The notes beneath the pieces were generated by a model, which saw only the letters and a program-made list of their open reading frames with translations, ran no database searches and was not told the origin of the DNA. From assembly GCF_964204645.1 (NCBI RefSeq), contig NC_134032.1, positions 15,736,275-15,800,274 on the forward strand: a DNA stretch of 64,000 bases, in the 5' to 3' direction. A program made the translations under genes and the position numbers. This document shows, in pieces, positions 23,795 through 38,600 of this stretch (the stretch's first letter is position 1; each line of letters begins with the position of its first letter). The stretch comes from Tubulanus polymorphus. Its lineage: Eukaryota > Animalia > Nemertea.

Positions 23795-25204
23795 CAGGAT
23801 TTGTGTCGATACCAACAATATTAAAGATTTGACAATGAAAATTTGTTTATCTTTTATTTCTGGCAGAATGGTTCTTACCATCTGAGATTTGATGATATAA
23901 ATTTTCAGTGACTACTGACATCATCAGTTCTTGTGTAGGGTAGTGATGTCATCGATGATATAAAGTTTCAGTGTATTACCTCAAGCAGACGACTACTGAC
24001 ATCATCAGTTCACGTGTAATGATGTCATCAGTGCTTATCAGATATCAGAAGTTGTTTGAAGATCGGCCTTAGACGATTAATGACATAATCGATGACATCA
24101 TCAGTGACATCATCAGTATTATAACGACAGACGGTCTCAATAATGCGAGCTGTTTGATATAAACTGCGTCGGTTGCTACGGGATACAGTAACCTCCTCGT
24201 CTGTTAGGTGATGAATCGAGATCACAGTTGAATCTACGTCAAAACATTCAGTTCTATAGTCTAGAAAGAGAAACAGTGAATTTGAATGTGAGGGTCGTTT
24301 AAAATGACCCACATGATGTGATCTATTGATACCTGGGGCGCTGGAGGAGGGAGATTAGTGGTTATGAGGGAATAGGGTGTGCAGATATATATGATATCAT
24401 TGATGTTCTTTTTTATATTTTATCGATTGAAGTTTGAATGAGACTTTGAAATAAATCTCTATCTGTATTGATGCCATGAAGGCCTGGGGGTAGGGGTATA
24501 TAGATGTATTTGGGGATGTATAAAGATGTATTTGGGGAGGTATATACACGTATTTGGAGAGGTGTATACATGTATTTGGGGAGGTATATACATGTATTTG
24601 GGGAGGTATATATACATGTATTTGGTGAGATAATGGTTTGTTATAGGTTGATAGTATTATCTGCTGTCCATTGTATCAGTGAAGATCAATAGTGCTGCCT
24701 GATCCATTCATGCAGTCTCTCAATTTGATACAGCATTTGTTCGTCAGTCACCCGGGTCGGTAATCCTGTCTATCGGTCCATCATTCAGTGCTCCTGGGAC
24801 TAAGATACTGACCTCAAGATGCTAGTCTCCTGAGATGATGATGTCAGACTCAGCCATTCCTCAGATACTGACCTCAGACTCATAGCCATACCTTCAAGAT
24901 CTGTCCTCAGATGCCGACCTCAAACTTTTAAGCCATACCTCAGATGTTATACTGAAGATAATAGCCTTAGATATCGACCTGAAACCCAGACTTTAAACTC
25001 AGCTTTTTAAGCGTAAAATTCATATAGATATTTAAAGCCGAGATCAAACCTTACGTAGTGTATAAAACTGACTGGTGCTGCTCGCGTTAGACACTCGTCA
25101 GACACTCGCGAGTGTGTGAGCTACTGATTCCATTCACATGCAGGTATGAGGAGTGAGCGTGCTAGCACCTCGTCCGTGCTATAGCTGTGTGTCTATCATA
25201 CGTA

Positions 25205-25610
25205 TTTCTGATATATCAGTTAGTATTTTTGATATATCAGTCAGTATATCTGATATATCAGTTAGTATTTTTGATATATCAGTCAGTATCTGCAGTATAT
25301 CTGATATATCAGTTAGTATTGTTGATATATCAGGCAGTATATCTGATATATCAGTTAGTATCTCTGATATATCAGGCAGTATATCCGATATATAAGTTAG
25401 TGTCTCTGATATATCGGTTAGTATTTGATGTATCATTCAGTATCTCTGATATATCAGTCAGTATATCCGATATATCAGTTAGTGTCTCTGATATATCGGT
25501 TAGTATTTTGATATATCATTCAGTATCTCTGATATATCGGTCAGTATCTCTGGTATATCGGTCAGTATATCTGATATATCAGTTAGTATATCCGATATAT
25601 CAGTTAGTAG
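25205..25610. repeat. 21-bp minisatellite
   Basis: CTGATATATCAGTTAGTATAT variants. Confidence 0.9.
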
Positions 25611-27381
25611 CGAAGCGAAATATCATCATTAAAGAATTTGTAGACGTAATCGAGAGTCGACGACAGATACAAACAGTGGATTTAATTAGTTAAAAGTTCT
25701 GCGTTTGACGCTGCTGTGATTATTCTACACAATCAGGGATATATATATATATGGAATAATACAATTTCACGCAGGTAGAATTATCATGTATTTGTTTCCT
25801 AACTTTGAATATATGCCGGTAGCTAGGCACCGGTTGAGTTTATCTGAGTCAGTTTATCCCGGTGTTGGTCAATTATACTTGTTGAGGTTCCCAGTAAATC
25901 GGTATCCGGGCTTCCTCTTCTTCGGACAGTTCTGTGTTCTGAACCTCTGTCTCCTCCTCAGTCTCCTCCTCGTCAGTCTCTCCTCATTGGTTTCCTCCTC
26001 GTATTGTTAGTATAAAATGTGCATGACTAGAATTGAATCATGTATTGAGTTTATAGACTGTTTATAGACTGTTTATAAACTGTTTCACCCATTATTCGCC
26101 CATCTCTAGGATTACATCAATCTTATTACACGTTCAAACTCCTGCCGCTGCTGCTGTCGAGCCACCCTAGAGTCTAGAGTAACTCTGGAGCCACCCCTAG
26201 AGCAGCCCTGGAGCCACCCCGGTACAGTTTTTGAAGTCAACTGTCAGAGTACTGCCGCTGTGTGTTACCGATGACGATGACAACAATTATGACACTTAAA
26301 GAACGTTGTAAGGCTTTGATTTGATTCATTCGATCTCGTGGAGTTGTTTTTTATCGCGTTTTGTTTACATTTCACTTCACACCCTGTAAATACAACACAA
26401 CGCCCTTCAGTCAAACACATACACACACACCTGTTACCTTCATTACATTACCCTATGATATTACAACCAGGAGGGAGGGTAAATGCCTTCATAACCTCCC
26501 TTAATGGAGGGAGAGGTGAGAGATGGGAAGAGAGGAAGGGAAGAGGGAGAGGGTGAGAGGAGGGAGAGAGTGAGAGGAGAGAGGGTGAGAGGGAAGAGAG
26601 AGGTAAGAGAGGAGAGGAGGAGAGAGAGGAGGTAAAGATGGTGAGAGAGAGGAGGGGAGAGAGAGGGAGACGAGTTGATTGATGATGTGGTCTCTGTTGA
26701 TACTCTGGTGGTGAATTGGTAATTTTTCTCTGATCAAACAAACAGTTTTTATTCTAGTACAGACTTTATTCATATCATTAAATGGTATTCAGAGATATCA
26801 CTTCAGAGAGTTCACCTTCATTTCAATATTTAGTTGTTCAGATTAGTCGATCGCTCTGTATTTCTACATGAAAATCTTTGAGTTGTCTCTGAGAAGAGCT
26901 AGGTCTATGCGGTCTACGCTGATTCAATTAAATTGAATTTGAAATAACCTCCAGACTTGTTGTTTAATTGATATCCGGCTTATCCATGTGTAAGTAACAT
27001 ATCTATTGAATACAAGATTTACGTAAGACAAGGAATGCTTATCTTATCACTAAAACAGTATAGGAACCGCTGATCTTCTCAATGTGTTCACTTCCTGGTT
27101 GTATGTGAATCTGATATACATTGTGTCATATCTGGATGTATTTTAATATTGGTTGTATGGAAATCTGATGTATGTCATCTCTGGATGTATGTCATCTCTG
27201 GATGTATGTCAATCTGATGTATGTCCATTGAATATGTCAATGTAATTTAAATGAGCTGTGTTATGTTTAATTCACAGTCTCCAAAATAAGTCAGCTACAC
27301 AGATTTCAGTGGGTATCTAGGTCAAGGTTATTGCTTTGACGTCATCAGTTATGTCTGCGTCAGTGAGTGGAGCATGTCAAT

Positions 27382-27781
27382 GGTGGTCATGTGACCTAGG
27401 GTTAGGGTTTGATTGGCTGGCTAGAGTCATGATGTCACTGGTGGTCACCTGACCTAGGGTTAGGGTTTGATTGGCTGGCTAGAGTCATGATGTCACTGGT
27501 GGTCATGTGACCTAGGGTTAGGGTTTGATTGGCTGGCTAGAGTCATGATGTCACTGGTGGTCATGTGACCTAGGGTTAGGGTATGATTGGCTGGCTAGAG
27601 TCATGATGTGACTGGTGGTCATGTGACCTAGGGTTAGGGTTTGATTGGCTGGTTAGAGTCATGATGTCACTGCACCTGACCTAGGGTTAGGGTTTGATTG
27701 GCTGGCTAGAGTCATGATGTGACTGGTGGTCATGTGACCTAGGGTTAGGGTTTGATTGGCTGGCTAGAGTTATTATGTCAC
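27382..27781. repeat. 58-bp minisatellite (about 7 copies) containing M-box, CCAAT, CRE-like and TTAGGG motifs
   Basis: GGTCATGTGACCTAGGGTTAGGGTTTGATTGGCTGGCTAGAGTCATGATGTCACTGGT. Confidence 0.9.
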
Positions 27782-28284
27782 TTGTGTTTACATGTGACAT
27801 GCTCATGTAACATGTGATCAGTGATAATGAATGGTGCTAGTACACACACTAGTGACCAGTCATAGTGTAGTTTATACAGTGTAATCATGTGACCTCATTT
27901 GACTGAATAGTTTCATATTGCTCAATGCTGTAATTATCTGTTATAATATAACATGTTATACATTGTAATCCACATTACACTTGTGAACTCTTCATTTGGA
28001 TAAAATGAGAATTGAATTTTCTACTGTCCTAACACTGATTTTCACATGGGTTTGAAAGAATTTGTTCAAATATGAAATAAACTCAAACTTTTACTCCATA
28101 ATTTAAATCCCCAAAGCAACGGATCTAGCTACTACTGTCTACTGTATAAAACGAGAATTGAATTCTCAACTGTCAAAACACAGATCGTTCAAATATTAAA
28201 TTCCCTGAGATAAAATCAAACTAGAACTGACATCCCCCGTTCACTGGTACGGCATCCCCCCTGACCTGGGACGATATCTTGATG

Positions 28285-28875
28285 ACAGAGTCTACAGTAT
28301 TTCACAAACTCTTACTTAGTATTTGACATCAACTTGGGGTAGAATTTTACCGGTCTCAACTTTACCGCAGTAAGAGACAGAGTCTACTGTATTTCATTAA
28401 CTCTTACTCAGTATTTGACTCCAACTCGGGGTAGAATTTTACCGGTCTCAACTTTACCGCAGTAAGAGACAGAGTCTACTGTATTTCATTAACTCTTACT
28501 CAGTATTTGACATCAACTCGGGGTAGAATTTTACCGGTCTCAACTTTACCGCAGTAAGAGACAGAGTCTACTGTATTTCACAAACTCTTACTCAGTATTT
28601 GACATCAACTCGGGGTAGAATTTTACCGGTCTCAACTTTACCGCAGTAAGAGACAGAGTCTACTGTATTTCACAAACTCTTACTCAGTATTTGACATCAA
28701 CTCGGGTAGAATTTTACCGGTCTCAACTTTACCTCAGTAAGAGACAGAGTCTACTGTATTTCATTTACTCTTACTCAGTATTTGACATCAACTCGGGGTA
28801 GAATTTTACCGGTCTCAACTTTACCTCAGTAAGAGACAGAGTCCACTGTATTTCATTAACTCTTACTCAGTATTT
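28285..28875. repeat. 92-bp tandem repeat, about 6 copies
   Basis: ACAGAGTCTACTGTATTTCA...GGTCTCAACTTTACCGCAGTAAGAG. Confidence 0.9.
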
Positions 28876-29256
28876 CACTGACCCGGGATAGCATCTTGAT
28901 GACAGAGTTTATTGTATTTCACAAATTGACCAACCCGGGATAGAGAGTATTCAATCCCAGTATTGCAATGTATAAAGTCACAGTAAACAGTTTCAGGATG
29001 CTGACGCACTGATGTCACAGTAAATAGTTTCATTTGGTCAGATCTTCTTGTTGCGGTGGTGACGTCATCAGTTTTCGTGTACGAGTTTTCACTGTTCGGA
29101 AAGTAGGTCAGATAGCGCAGCGACATGTACGTGATGCTGACGCTCTGATGTCACAGTGAATAGTTTCAGGATGCTGACGCTCTGATGCTGATGTTTGTGC
29201 TTTGTCTGTGAAATGTGTATTTGAACGATATTAACACTGGCCGGAATCATTTAAAA

Positions 29257-32200
29257 ATGGATCCGATTTTGAAACGTGTATCGTCCTCGAGTTCGAATCC
29301 GTCATCACCTGTCGACCTGGCTGCCGTGAATGAGAATGAGTATCTACCCGTATTCATTGACTCGCCGGTCGGCACGCCCCCTAGTGGCGGCTCTGAGAAT
29401 AACTACTTATTCAGGTAGGCTATGTACAACTGGTCGGTTTAAAGCAGAAATTCATTCATATACTTGATATACAATTGATTAAAAACACAGTTCCACGCCG
29501 GGTGGAACTGGATCCAGCATTTAGTTCCATACCGCATGAAACTGTGGAACTAGATTCATGATTCCGTTCTTCCACAATGGGTGGAACTATATGAACCTAG
29601 TTTATTGGGTGTTAATCAATGTTTCATGTTATTGTTGAGCTATAAATTTCATTTTCTATACTTCAGAATTATTTCTACTTTCTAACTCATTCAAAGAGTT
29701 TTATAATATTATGGACTCGCCTGAGTTTCACGTGAACTCGTTATAGAGTTGTATAAGTCACCTGCACGCTCTCAAGGACAGCCAGCCCGATATGGGGTTA
29801 ATGAATTTGTCCCTATGCTGGACGCTCTCAAGGACAGCCAGCCCGATATGGGGTTAATGAATTTGTCCCTATGCTAGATGCTCTCAAGGACTGCCAGCCC
29901 GATATGGGGTTAATGAATTTGTCCCTATGCTGGACGCTCCCAAGGACAGCCAGCCCGATATGGGGTTAATGAATTTGTCCCTATGCTGGACGTGGTGTCT
30001 TCGCGTTGGTCTGGTGAATCATTAGTCAGTCGTGTTGTGCGTATCCGATATAGAAACCTGATAATGATTGTTTTTGCTGGAGGTTTTTATTAATCGATTC
30101 TTTACCCGCAAACGTGATCGACATTTTTATCATCCCTCCTCCAAACTTATTGAATCAGTCTCATCTAAAGAAACAAAATTCAGTGCGGTTTAGTTTTTAT
30201 ATTAGTTACTGTAATGATGCGAGTGGCTGATTCTTTAAAACTAGAACCTGATTTATTGAGCAGTGAGTATCAGACCATGATTTATTGCGAGTATCAGACC
30301 CTGATTTGTTGTGAGTATCAGACCCTGATTTATTGCGAGTATCAGACCCTGATTTATTGCGAGTATCAGACCCTGATTTATTGCGAGTATCAGACCCTGA
30401 TTTGTTGCGAGTATCAGACCCTGATTTGTTAAGAAGCGAGTATCAGACCCTGATTTGTTACGAGTATCAGACCCTGATTTTTTTGCGAGTATCAGACCCT
30501 GATTTGTTACAAGTATCAGACCCTGATTTGTTAAGAAGCGAGTATCAGACCCTGATTTGTTGCGAGTATCAGAACCTGATTTGTTGCGAGTATCAGACCC
30601 TGATTTGTTGCGAGTATCAGACCCTGATTTGTTGCGAGTATCAGACCCTGATTTGTTAAGAAGCGAGTATCAGACCCTGATTTGTTACGAGTATCAGACC
30701 CTGATTTGTTGCGAGTATCAGACCCTGATTTGTTACGAGTATCAGACCCTGATTTGTTGCGAGTATCAGACCCTGATTTGTTAAGAAGCGAGTATCAGAC
30801 CCTGATTTGTTAAGAAGCGAGTATCGGCTACTGGTTGTGTGTATATTCTGTATCGCCCGACTCGAAACGCACTATACCTGATTACGTCTCATAAATCACG
30901 AGAGAACATTGAGAAAATGTGGCATTTCTTCATTACAGCAACATTGAGCGGTGAGCTGAGAGATTGGGGGGAGAGGTGAAGGTGAAGAGCGAGGAGAGTG
31001 AGGAGGCATGTTAGAGGATAGGGAATAGAGAGCAGAGAGAGGGGAGGGGTGGAGGGGAGAGGGGTGGAGGCGGAGAGGGGTGGAGGGGAGAGAGGGGTAG
31101 AGGGGAGAGAGGGGTGGAGGGGAGAGAGGGGTGGAGGGGGAGAGACAGTGGGGGTTAAAGTCCAATTTCAACATTGAATGATCAAAATCATATTGTAGAT
31201 ATAAAAATTAACAAGTTTACGCCGAAAACTTAAATTCGATTGTTGTTAAATTTCCTGACGTCACAAACAACAATAAGAGACAGAGACAGATGTGACACTG
31301 AATGAGTGACATTTGGTGATATTGAGTAATGAATAACTAGATGAGTCATCAGTAGAGTTTGTCGTCTGTGTTACACACACTCAAACTGCTGTAGGTGTTC
31401 CGTGTATGCGTGCGTCGTCAGAATTACCGAGAATTCCTCGATTCTGACCGATAGGAAGGACACTCGTTGATGGCTTTAGTTTCCGGAATCTTTACACTTT
31501 TATCTGGTCGTATCTCTATACGATCGGTTAATTGTGGCCCGTGCTTTGTTTAAACGCTCGGTTATAGCAAATAGGAAATACCGTCCTGATAATGTATTTA
31601 TACATGCATAACAGTAATATTGACTTCATGCGGACTAAAACTAAAATGAATATTTCTCGTATTGGATTTATTTCGGCGATCAATTACTGGTGATACTGGT
31701 GATCGTGTCTACTAGGAGTTTATTTGAATAAGACCTGATATGGATCTATATATCAATCACTTGGATCTGTGCGTCAATTAATCTATTCAGTAGTCTCTTT
31801 CTCTCGCTATAGGCCCTAGCTGATGTTTGAATAACGCTTATTCTGGATTGTATATATAGTAATTTTGTTATAACTCTAGTTTTCTGGAACATGTTAAACA
31901 GGAAGGAAACATTTCCGACTCTTGGATTGTTTTCTGATTGTCTCGATAGTGTTTCATCAATGATTATTCGTGTTTAAATGATCGTATGTATAGACTTATT
32001 GTCAGTGATTCACCCGTTTGAGAATAGACGGTTTTGTCGCTCGTCTCGTTCAGGGGTCAAGTTTCTCAATAACGATTAGAAGAAAAAAAGAAAGCATTCG
32101 CATTTGTGAAATAAAACCAGTTTTCCGCAATCAGCGATGAATCATCGTTTCGTCGACCAGACCTCGATTGTTAGATAACAATCGGATTCGCGCGGACGAT

Positions 32201-32597
32201 CGTTTCGTAAAATTTGATATTTTTTGTGAAATATCACGATGGAATATCAGTTTAAATAGATATGATAGGATTAAGCGGTTGTAGGCCGGCTGCCGGTGGT
32301 GATGTGGTCGGTGTTCAACAGAAATACTGGCTTCAATATTCAACTGATAAACAATACTTTCATACCCTGTTTAATAGTGATAGGTGAGAGTCATTTATTA
32401 AATCATATATTGCAGCAGGCTTTATCAATAGTTGAGGGCTGGAACTGGGCACACTTACTCCTTACTTAGCACTTGACTTTGGTGATCCATCAGAGAGGAA
32501 GGTACAGGGGGTGTGCATCCCCCCATCCTAAAGATGTCAAATTTTGCCCAAGAAATTTTACAGTTAGATTATATATATAAACTGATCACTAAAAAAG

Positions 32598-32638
<41 letters not shown>

Positions 32639-35600
32639 ATGAATTCAGCGATGGATGTTTTTGTAAAAAGCGGGAAGGACAGTCGGCAAGGCTGTGCTCG
32701 AGTGGAGGCCCACTGCCCAAAGTGTTTATTTTTGCCCTTTGAATAATGTGATATGCCCTATTTTTTTTCACGCACCACTCCCCTAATCGGACCCTAGATC
32801 CGGCCCTGTAGTATGTCCCGATATCCAGAGGCTACTGGATTTTTTGTCAGGATACTAATAATCGAAGTGAAACAATTCGGCGGACGGGATACTAGGAATA
32901 TCTGATATCACCGTGAAACATGTTTCTGATGCAGTTTCAATTTCAAAAACTAATTATGAACGTTATTGTAAAATTCATGCGGAACTGTTTGTCAAATATA
33001 AGTCATAAAATGATTCACTCGAATATACGCGTAGCTCAGTCGAGAATATTCAAATCAAATATTTATGAATTCCACTTGAAAAAAATTGCATCGAGGCACG
33101 AGTCCCTGATGAAACCAGGAGCGTTTAAAACATCTGTGATTTGTAATTGAATATCAGTGATATTTCACTGGGTCACAGACCCTCTCGACCTTCGCAATTT
33201 AGAATCTGATTTATATATCAGATTAGACAGTTGAGGGTAAAACAATCCACTAATACCCTGAGATTGCCCTCAGCGGGTTATGGTTGCTCTGACTTGTGCT
33301 AAGTGGGTTAAGGTTGCCCTGCATGGCCCTAAGCGGGTTAAGGTTGCCCTGCATGGTGCTAACTAAGTGGGTTAAGGTTGCCCTGCGTGGCCCTAAGCAG
33401 GTTAAGGTTGCCCTGCATGGTGCTAAGTGGGTTAAGGTTGCCCTGCGTGGCCCTAAGCGGGTTAAGGTTGCCCTGCATGGTGCTAAGTGGGTTAAGGTTG
33501 CCCTGCATGGCGCTAAGCGGGTTAAGGTTGCCCTGCATGGCCTTAAGCGGTTAAGGTTGCCCTGCATGGCGCTAAGCGGGTTAAGGTTGCCCTGCATGGC
33601 GCTAAGCGGTTAAGGTTGCCCTGAGTGGTGCTAAGCGGGTTAAGGTTGCCCTGCATGGCGCTATGCGGTTAAGGTTGCCCTGAGTGGTGCTAAGCGGGTT
33701 AAGGTTACCCTGCATGGCGCTAAGGGGGTTACAGGATGAAAAGTTTGGGCGTTCTATCAATCAGGCTGTCTGTACAATGATAGTTCAGCAGATCACAATA
33801 AATCTCTAATAAACACAAATCTAGATTCTATAAATAACCCTCAATCAGCACATGTGGAATACAGGCTGGTGACCATGCAGCATAATTTTAATTGATAATA
33901 GCATACAGGTCTATAGATGTATGATTATGATAATTACTGTGTACATAAAGTTTTTACTGGGCCTCACAATGTCTCAGTAGATATTCCATGCAATGTCTCA
34001 GTAGATATTCCAGGCAATTACTGTCTGTCTGTCATATGTTGTATGGCGATAGTTGAATACAAATAGAGATATATCGGGGAAAAAAAACATCAATATCCTC
34101 TACCTCTCCTTACTGCTCCTTAGGGTGCCCTGTTGCTCCTTACATCTCCCTCCTCTGTTCTGGATCGTAATTCAATTCATTATGAATTCTATGATTTGAT
34201 GCCGGGTTCACATGGAGGGACGTGAAGTAAAACACCAGTAGGAATTAGGATAAAAGAAACATGTATCGATACCATGTAGATATCATTAAGTATTAACGTG
34301 AGGTTACCTAATTATATTTCGTGTTAACGGTGGAGAGGAGGGTTGATATTTTCCCGTTGCCCGGCGACTCCGGCTCGAGTCATGTAGTCGTTTGTTGTCA
34401 TTATGAGGCATTTTAAGGCATGTTTAACTGAATACAGGTTTAGCGGAGCTGACCATTATCGACGGTTAGAGAGATGACTTAATCAGGGGGCGTCTTGAGT
34501 TGTTTTTAGTTTTCGCTGCATAAAATATGACTAATATCCTAAGAGAAAAAGCCACTATTTAAAATTAGAAGAATTTAAAACAAGAAATTTAAAACACAAC
34601 GTTTCGATCTCATCCTAGAAATCATCGTCAGGTGTCACCACCTGACGATGATCCCTAGGATGAGATCGAAACGTCGTGTATTTGATATATTTTAGATTGA
34701 ATAAATACATTTCTTGTTTTCAAATTCTTTTAATCTGTAGATAGTGGGTTTTTATCTTATTATCCGTTCACCACGTTGAGTGTGGTTATCGTTCTGTATC
34801 CTATTTGAATGTGATGTCCGGAATCCAGTCCACTCGTCGTCAATGATTCCATACTCAACGTTCCCACATTCTGAAATGAGAATATTTAGAACTAGAATTC
34901 GTTATTTCATACAAACTAATACAACACTATCTGATACGTCGCCGTCATCGGGGATGAATAAAATCAATGGATGATTTTAATGAGTTTTTCAAGTGGCACT
35001 TCAACAATCCCCCCCCCCGCCCCGGAAACCGGTCAATATTTATAACTACTGTATTGTAGCTATTGTTGATATCGAACATTTTAAATAATTACAATTTCGC
35101 TAAAGTTAATATCGAAATTTAAATGGTAGCTACAGTGTCTCGGGTTCGAACCCTGTTTAAGCGCCGCCTAGTGCCTCGTTTATTAACCCTTGTTTGTATC
35201 ATTTCTTATCACTGAATTGACTTAATTAGTCTCTATGTTGTCGAATGCGAATATGTGAACCGTGTTAGGCTAGTGATCGACGTCTGAGGCGTTACAAGCA
35301 ATTTATGATTGTCGCGGACAGTTGCCGATATTGCTACGGCGAATTTACTTCAATTTCCTCAAAAACATGGTATAAAAAAAAAATGTAATTCAGTAAATAG
35401 CTATCATAGTTCAAACACTGCTGATCTATACTCACCACTATTGTTTATTCAGATATAGCTGCTTCTTAATGCACTAATAGCGAAAGCTTCATGCTTCAGA
35501 TGAATTTAGTTAGTCTGTTTGTGTTCATTATTGTTACAGATTTAATATTAGATTTCTGTGGATACTGTGATATTCCCGTACAAACAGTACAGATCAACGT

Positions 35601-38600
35601 AATTCAAAAAGCTTCGAGGTTTTGTTAATTAACTGTTGGCACCTGTTGTTTTAGTGAATAGATTGAACACATATTTGTTGTAGTTGTGTCGTGTTGCTAT
35701 GAGTTCTAATTTCATTGTCGATGCTTTCTGATGATCTTACGACATTCCTGTCTGAAGACTTAAACGATTACTCTCAATAACTACAGTAGATTCTAATCTC
35801 ACTCGACCGAGCCTCGCCAACCCTCTCCACGGTCCGTGAGTTTCGGGGTAGTCCGAGCTAGCAGGGAAGAGTCCTTATCACAATATAAATTGGACTCTGT
35901 ATTATATTGTAACCTGGGTAATCAATTCCAAGGTAAACAGATTCTGGGACACCTTGGTGATTATCAGAGGCCAGGGTAGCAGATTCTGGGACACCTTGGT
36001 GATTATCAGAGGCTAGGGTAAACAGATTCTGGGACACCTTGGTGATTATCAGAGGCTAGGGTAAACAGATTCCGGGACACCTTGGTGATTATCAGAGGCT
36101 AGGGTAAACAGATTCTGGGACACCTTGGTGATTATCAGAGGCCAGGGTAAACAGATTCCGGGACACCTTGGTGATTATCAGAGGCTAGGGTAAACAGATT
36201 CCGGGACACCTTGGTGATTATCAGAGGCCAGGGTAAACAGATTCCGGGACACCTTGGTGATTATCAGAGGCCAGGGTAAACAGATTCAGGGACACCTTGG
36301 TGATTATCAGAGGCCAGGGTAAACAGATTCCGGGACACCTTGGTGATTATCAGAGGCCAGGGAAAACAGATTCAGGGACACCTTGGTGATTATCAGAGGC
36401 CAGGGTAAACAGATTCTGGGACACCTTGGTGATTATCAGAGGCCAGGGTAAACAGATTCAGGGACACCTTGGTGATTATCAGAGGCCAGGGTAAACAGAT
36501 TCCGGGACACCTTGGTGATTATCAGAGTCCAGGGAAAACAGATTCAGGGACACCTTGGTGATTATCAGAGGCCAGGGTAAACAGATTCTGGGACACCTTG
36601 GTGATTATCAGAGGCTAGCGCTGAGTCTACTGTATTTGTCTTAGGAACATTTTAATATTTTACTAAAACATCTTTATTTATTTATTTGTTTTTACTTATT
36701 TGTTTATTACTGCTTGTTTTCAGAGTGCATCCCAGTTTTGAAAGCTCATCGTCCGGAACCACAGCCGCTGCCATCGGTACTATACAGCGTAGTGGTTCCC
36801 CGTGGGGCTGGTAAGAGTCCGGGGCTCCTGCCCCGAGGCTGATTGTTGTAGTCAGTCTGAACACTACCGCTATAACTCTTACACCAATACTATCAATCTC
36901 TTGTATTATAATATTAACATTGCTTATGTGATAATCATTTCTTCACATTTCACATTATTTTGAGTGCAAATATTACCTGCATATGTCCGATTTATTTATA
37001 AGTTTGTTTGACTGCATGAAGTAACTGTCAATATCTAAACATTCTATCGACGAATCGAGCCTAGATTTGGAGCCAGCTCCAGACCTGCCAGGAGCCAGCT
37101 CTAGGCCCTAGAACCAGTCACAGGAGCCAGCTCTAGACCCTAGAACCAGTCACAGGAGCCAGTTCTAGACCCTAGAACCAGTCACAGGAACCAGTTCTAG
37201 ACCCTAGAACCAGTCACAGGAGCCAGTTCTAGACCCTAGACACGGTCAGGAGCCAGTTCTAGACCCTAGACACGGTCGGGAGCCAGCTCTAGACCCTAGA
37301 CACGGTCAGGAGCCAGCTCTAGACCCTAGACACGATCAGGAGCCAGTTCTAGACCCTAGAACCAGTCAGGAGCCAGCTCTAGACCCTAGACACGATCAGG
37401 AGCCAGTTCTAGACCCTAGAACCAGTCAGGAGCCAGCTCTAGACCCTAGACACGTTCATGATTGCCCCTCTCTCCCCTCCCCTCTCAACTCTCCACTCTT
37501 TCTATTTTGCTGTATTTAATGTTGTTGAATAACGCTATAATTAGTCTTCAATAATTGCACAGGGTTTGGTTCTTACTCAGCTCTGATTGAGATCAGAATG
37601 ACCAATTGATTACAGCCATTAGGTCAGTCCAGGTCAAAGCCAAAACAGACAGCTGACCAGTAGAATGGGTATGTAGATGTTGGCCGTAGCCGTTTAGGTC
37701 CAACTGCCTGAGCATTGATTGACCACGTTAGGATCGCTGGTCATTAAGGATTTAGGTCGTTAAGTATAGCTGACCGGTGGAATTAGCACATGATGGTCAT
37801 AGCAATTGGATACCGGCAACACCAGATGGCGCAACAAAACACTGGGTTACTCGTAGTGAAAATCAGTTCGTTTTCAATGAAATTTGAACATTATTTTTAG
37901 GCTTCCAAATCCGGAAATGATCAAACGAGTCATCGAATTGATGAATGGATTTCCTTTCTCACTCAGTGGATGGTTTTGATTTCACTGAAAATTCATTTAC
38001 TAATCAGAAAATTTGACTCGAAGTTTATTGAAATGTAGAAGAAATTAAAGCGCAGTAACCCAGTGCCACTAGCGACACCTGGTGGATTATCGGCTAATCC
38101 TCGCTCCCCAAAGTAGCCTTGCGGGTATCCCATTCAGGTGCAACTGACCAGTGCTTTCTATGGTCATAAGGAAAGCTGACCAGTAAAATGACATCACATG
38201 AGGGTGTAGACAGTTAGGTCTGCCAGACTATCGTGAGATAAAAGTTATTTCGAGGAGGAACATTCAAACATTTAGAGAACCATTGATTAGATTACTAAAT
38301 ACTCTATATACCTGTTACATACAATATATACCAGTATATGTAAGTAGAAAGCTTTTTATTTGGTTCCGTCTCGGAAAGAAGAACATTTTAAGCCGCTTAC
38401 AACAGAACAATTAACAACCAACAGTTGGGGGTTTTTTATTCATAGACGTAAAATAATCTTACTCAACAGGCTGGTGTAAAGGTGCTGTTCACTCACTCTC
38501 TCTTGTAAACAATGTCTGCCATAGATACTTATATATGAATATATGTGTGTCAATTAAACTCGTCGAGATGAAACCTTGACCTATTATTTGAACTACGTCG

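Larger units (their letters stand above)
34548..34760. mobile_element. Inverted pair of Penelope-like pseudo-LTR fragments
   Basis: Head-to-head copies around 34637; the right arm matches 54939-55056. Confidence 0.7.

Noticed and set aside
27395-27750. Interstitial telomere
   Set aside because: Only about two TTAGGG per 58-bp unit, not a telomeric tract.
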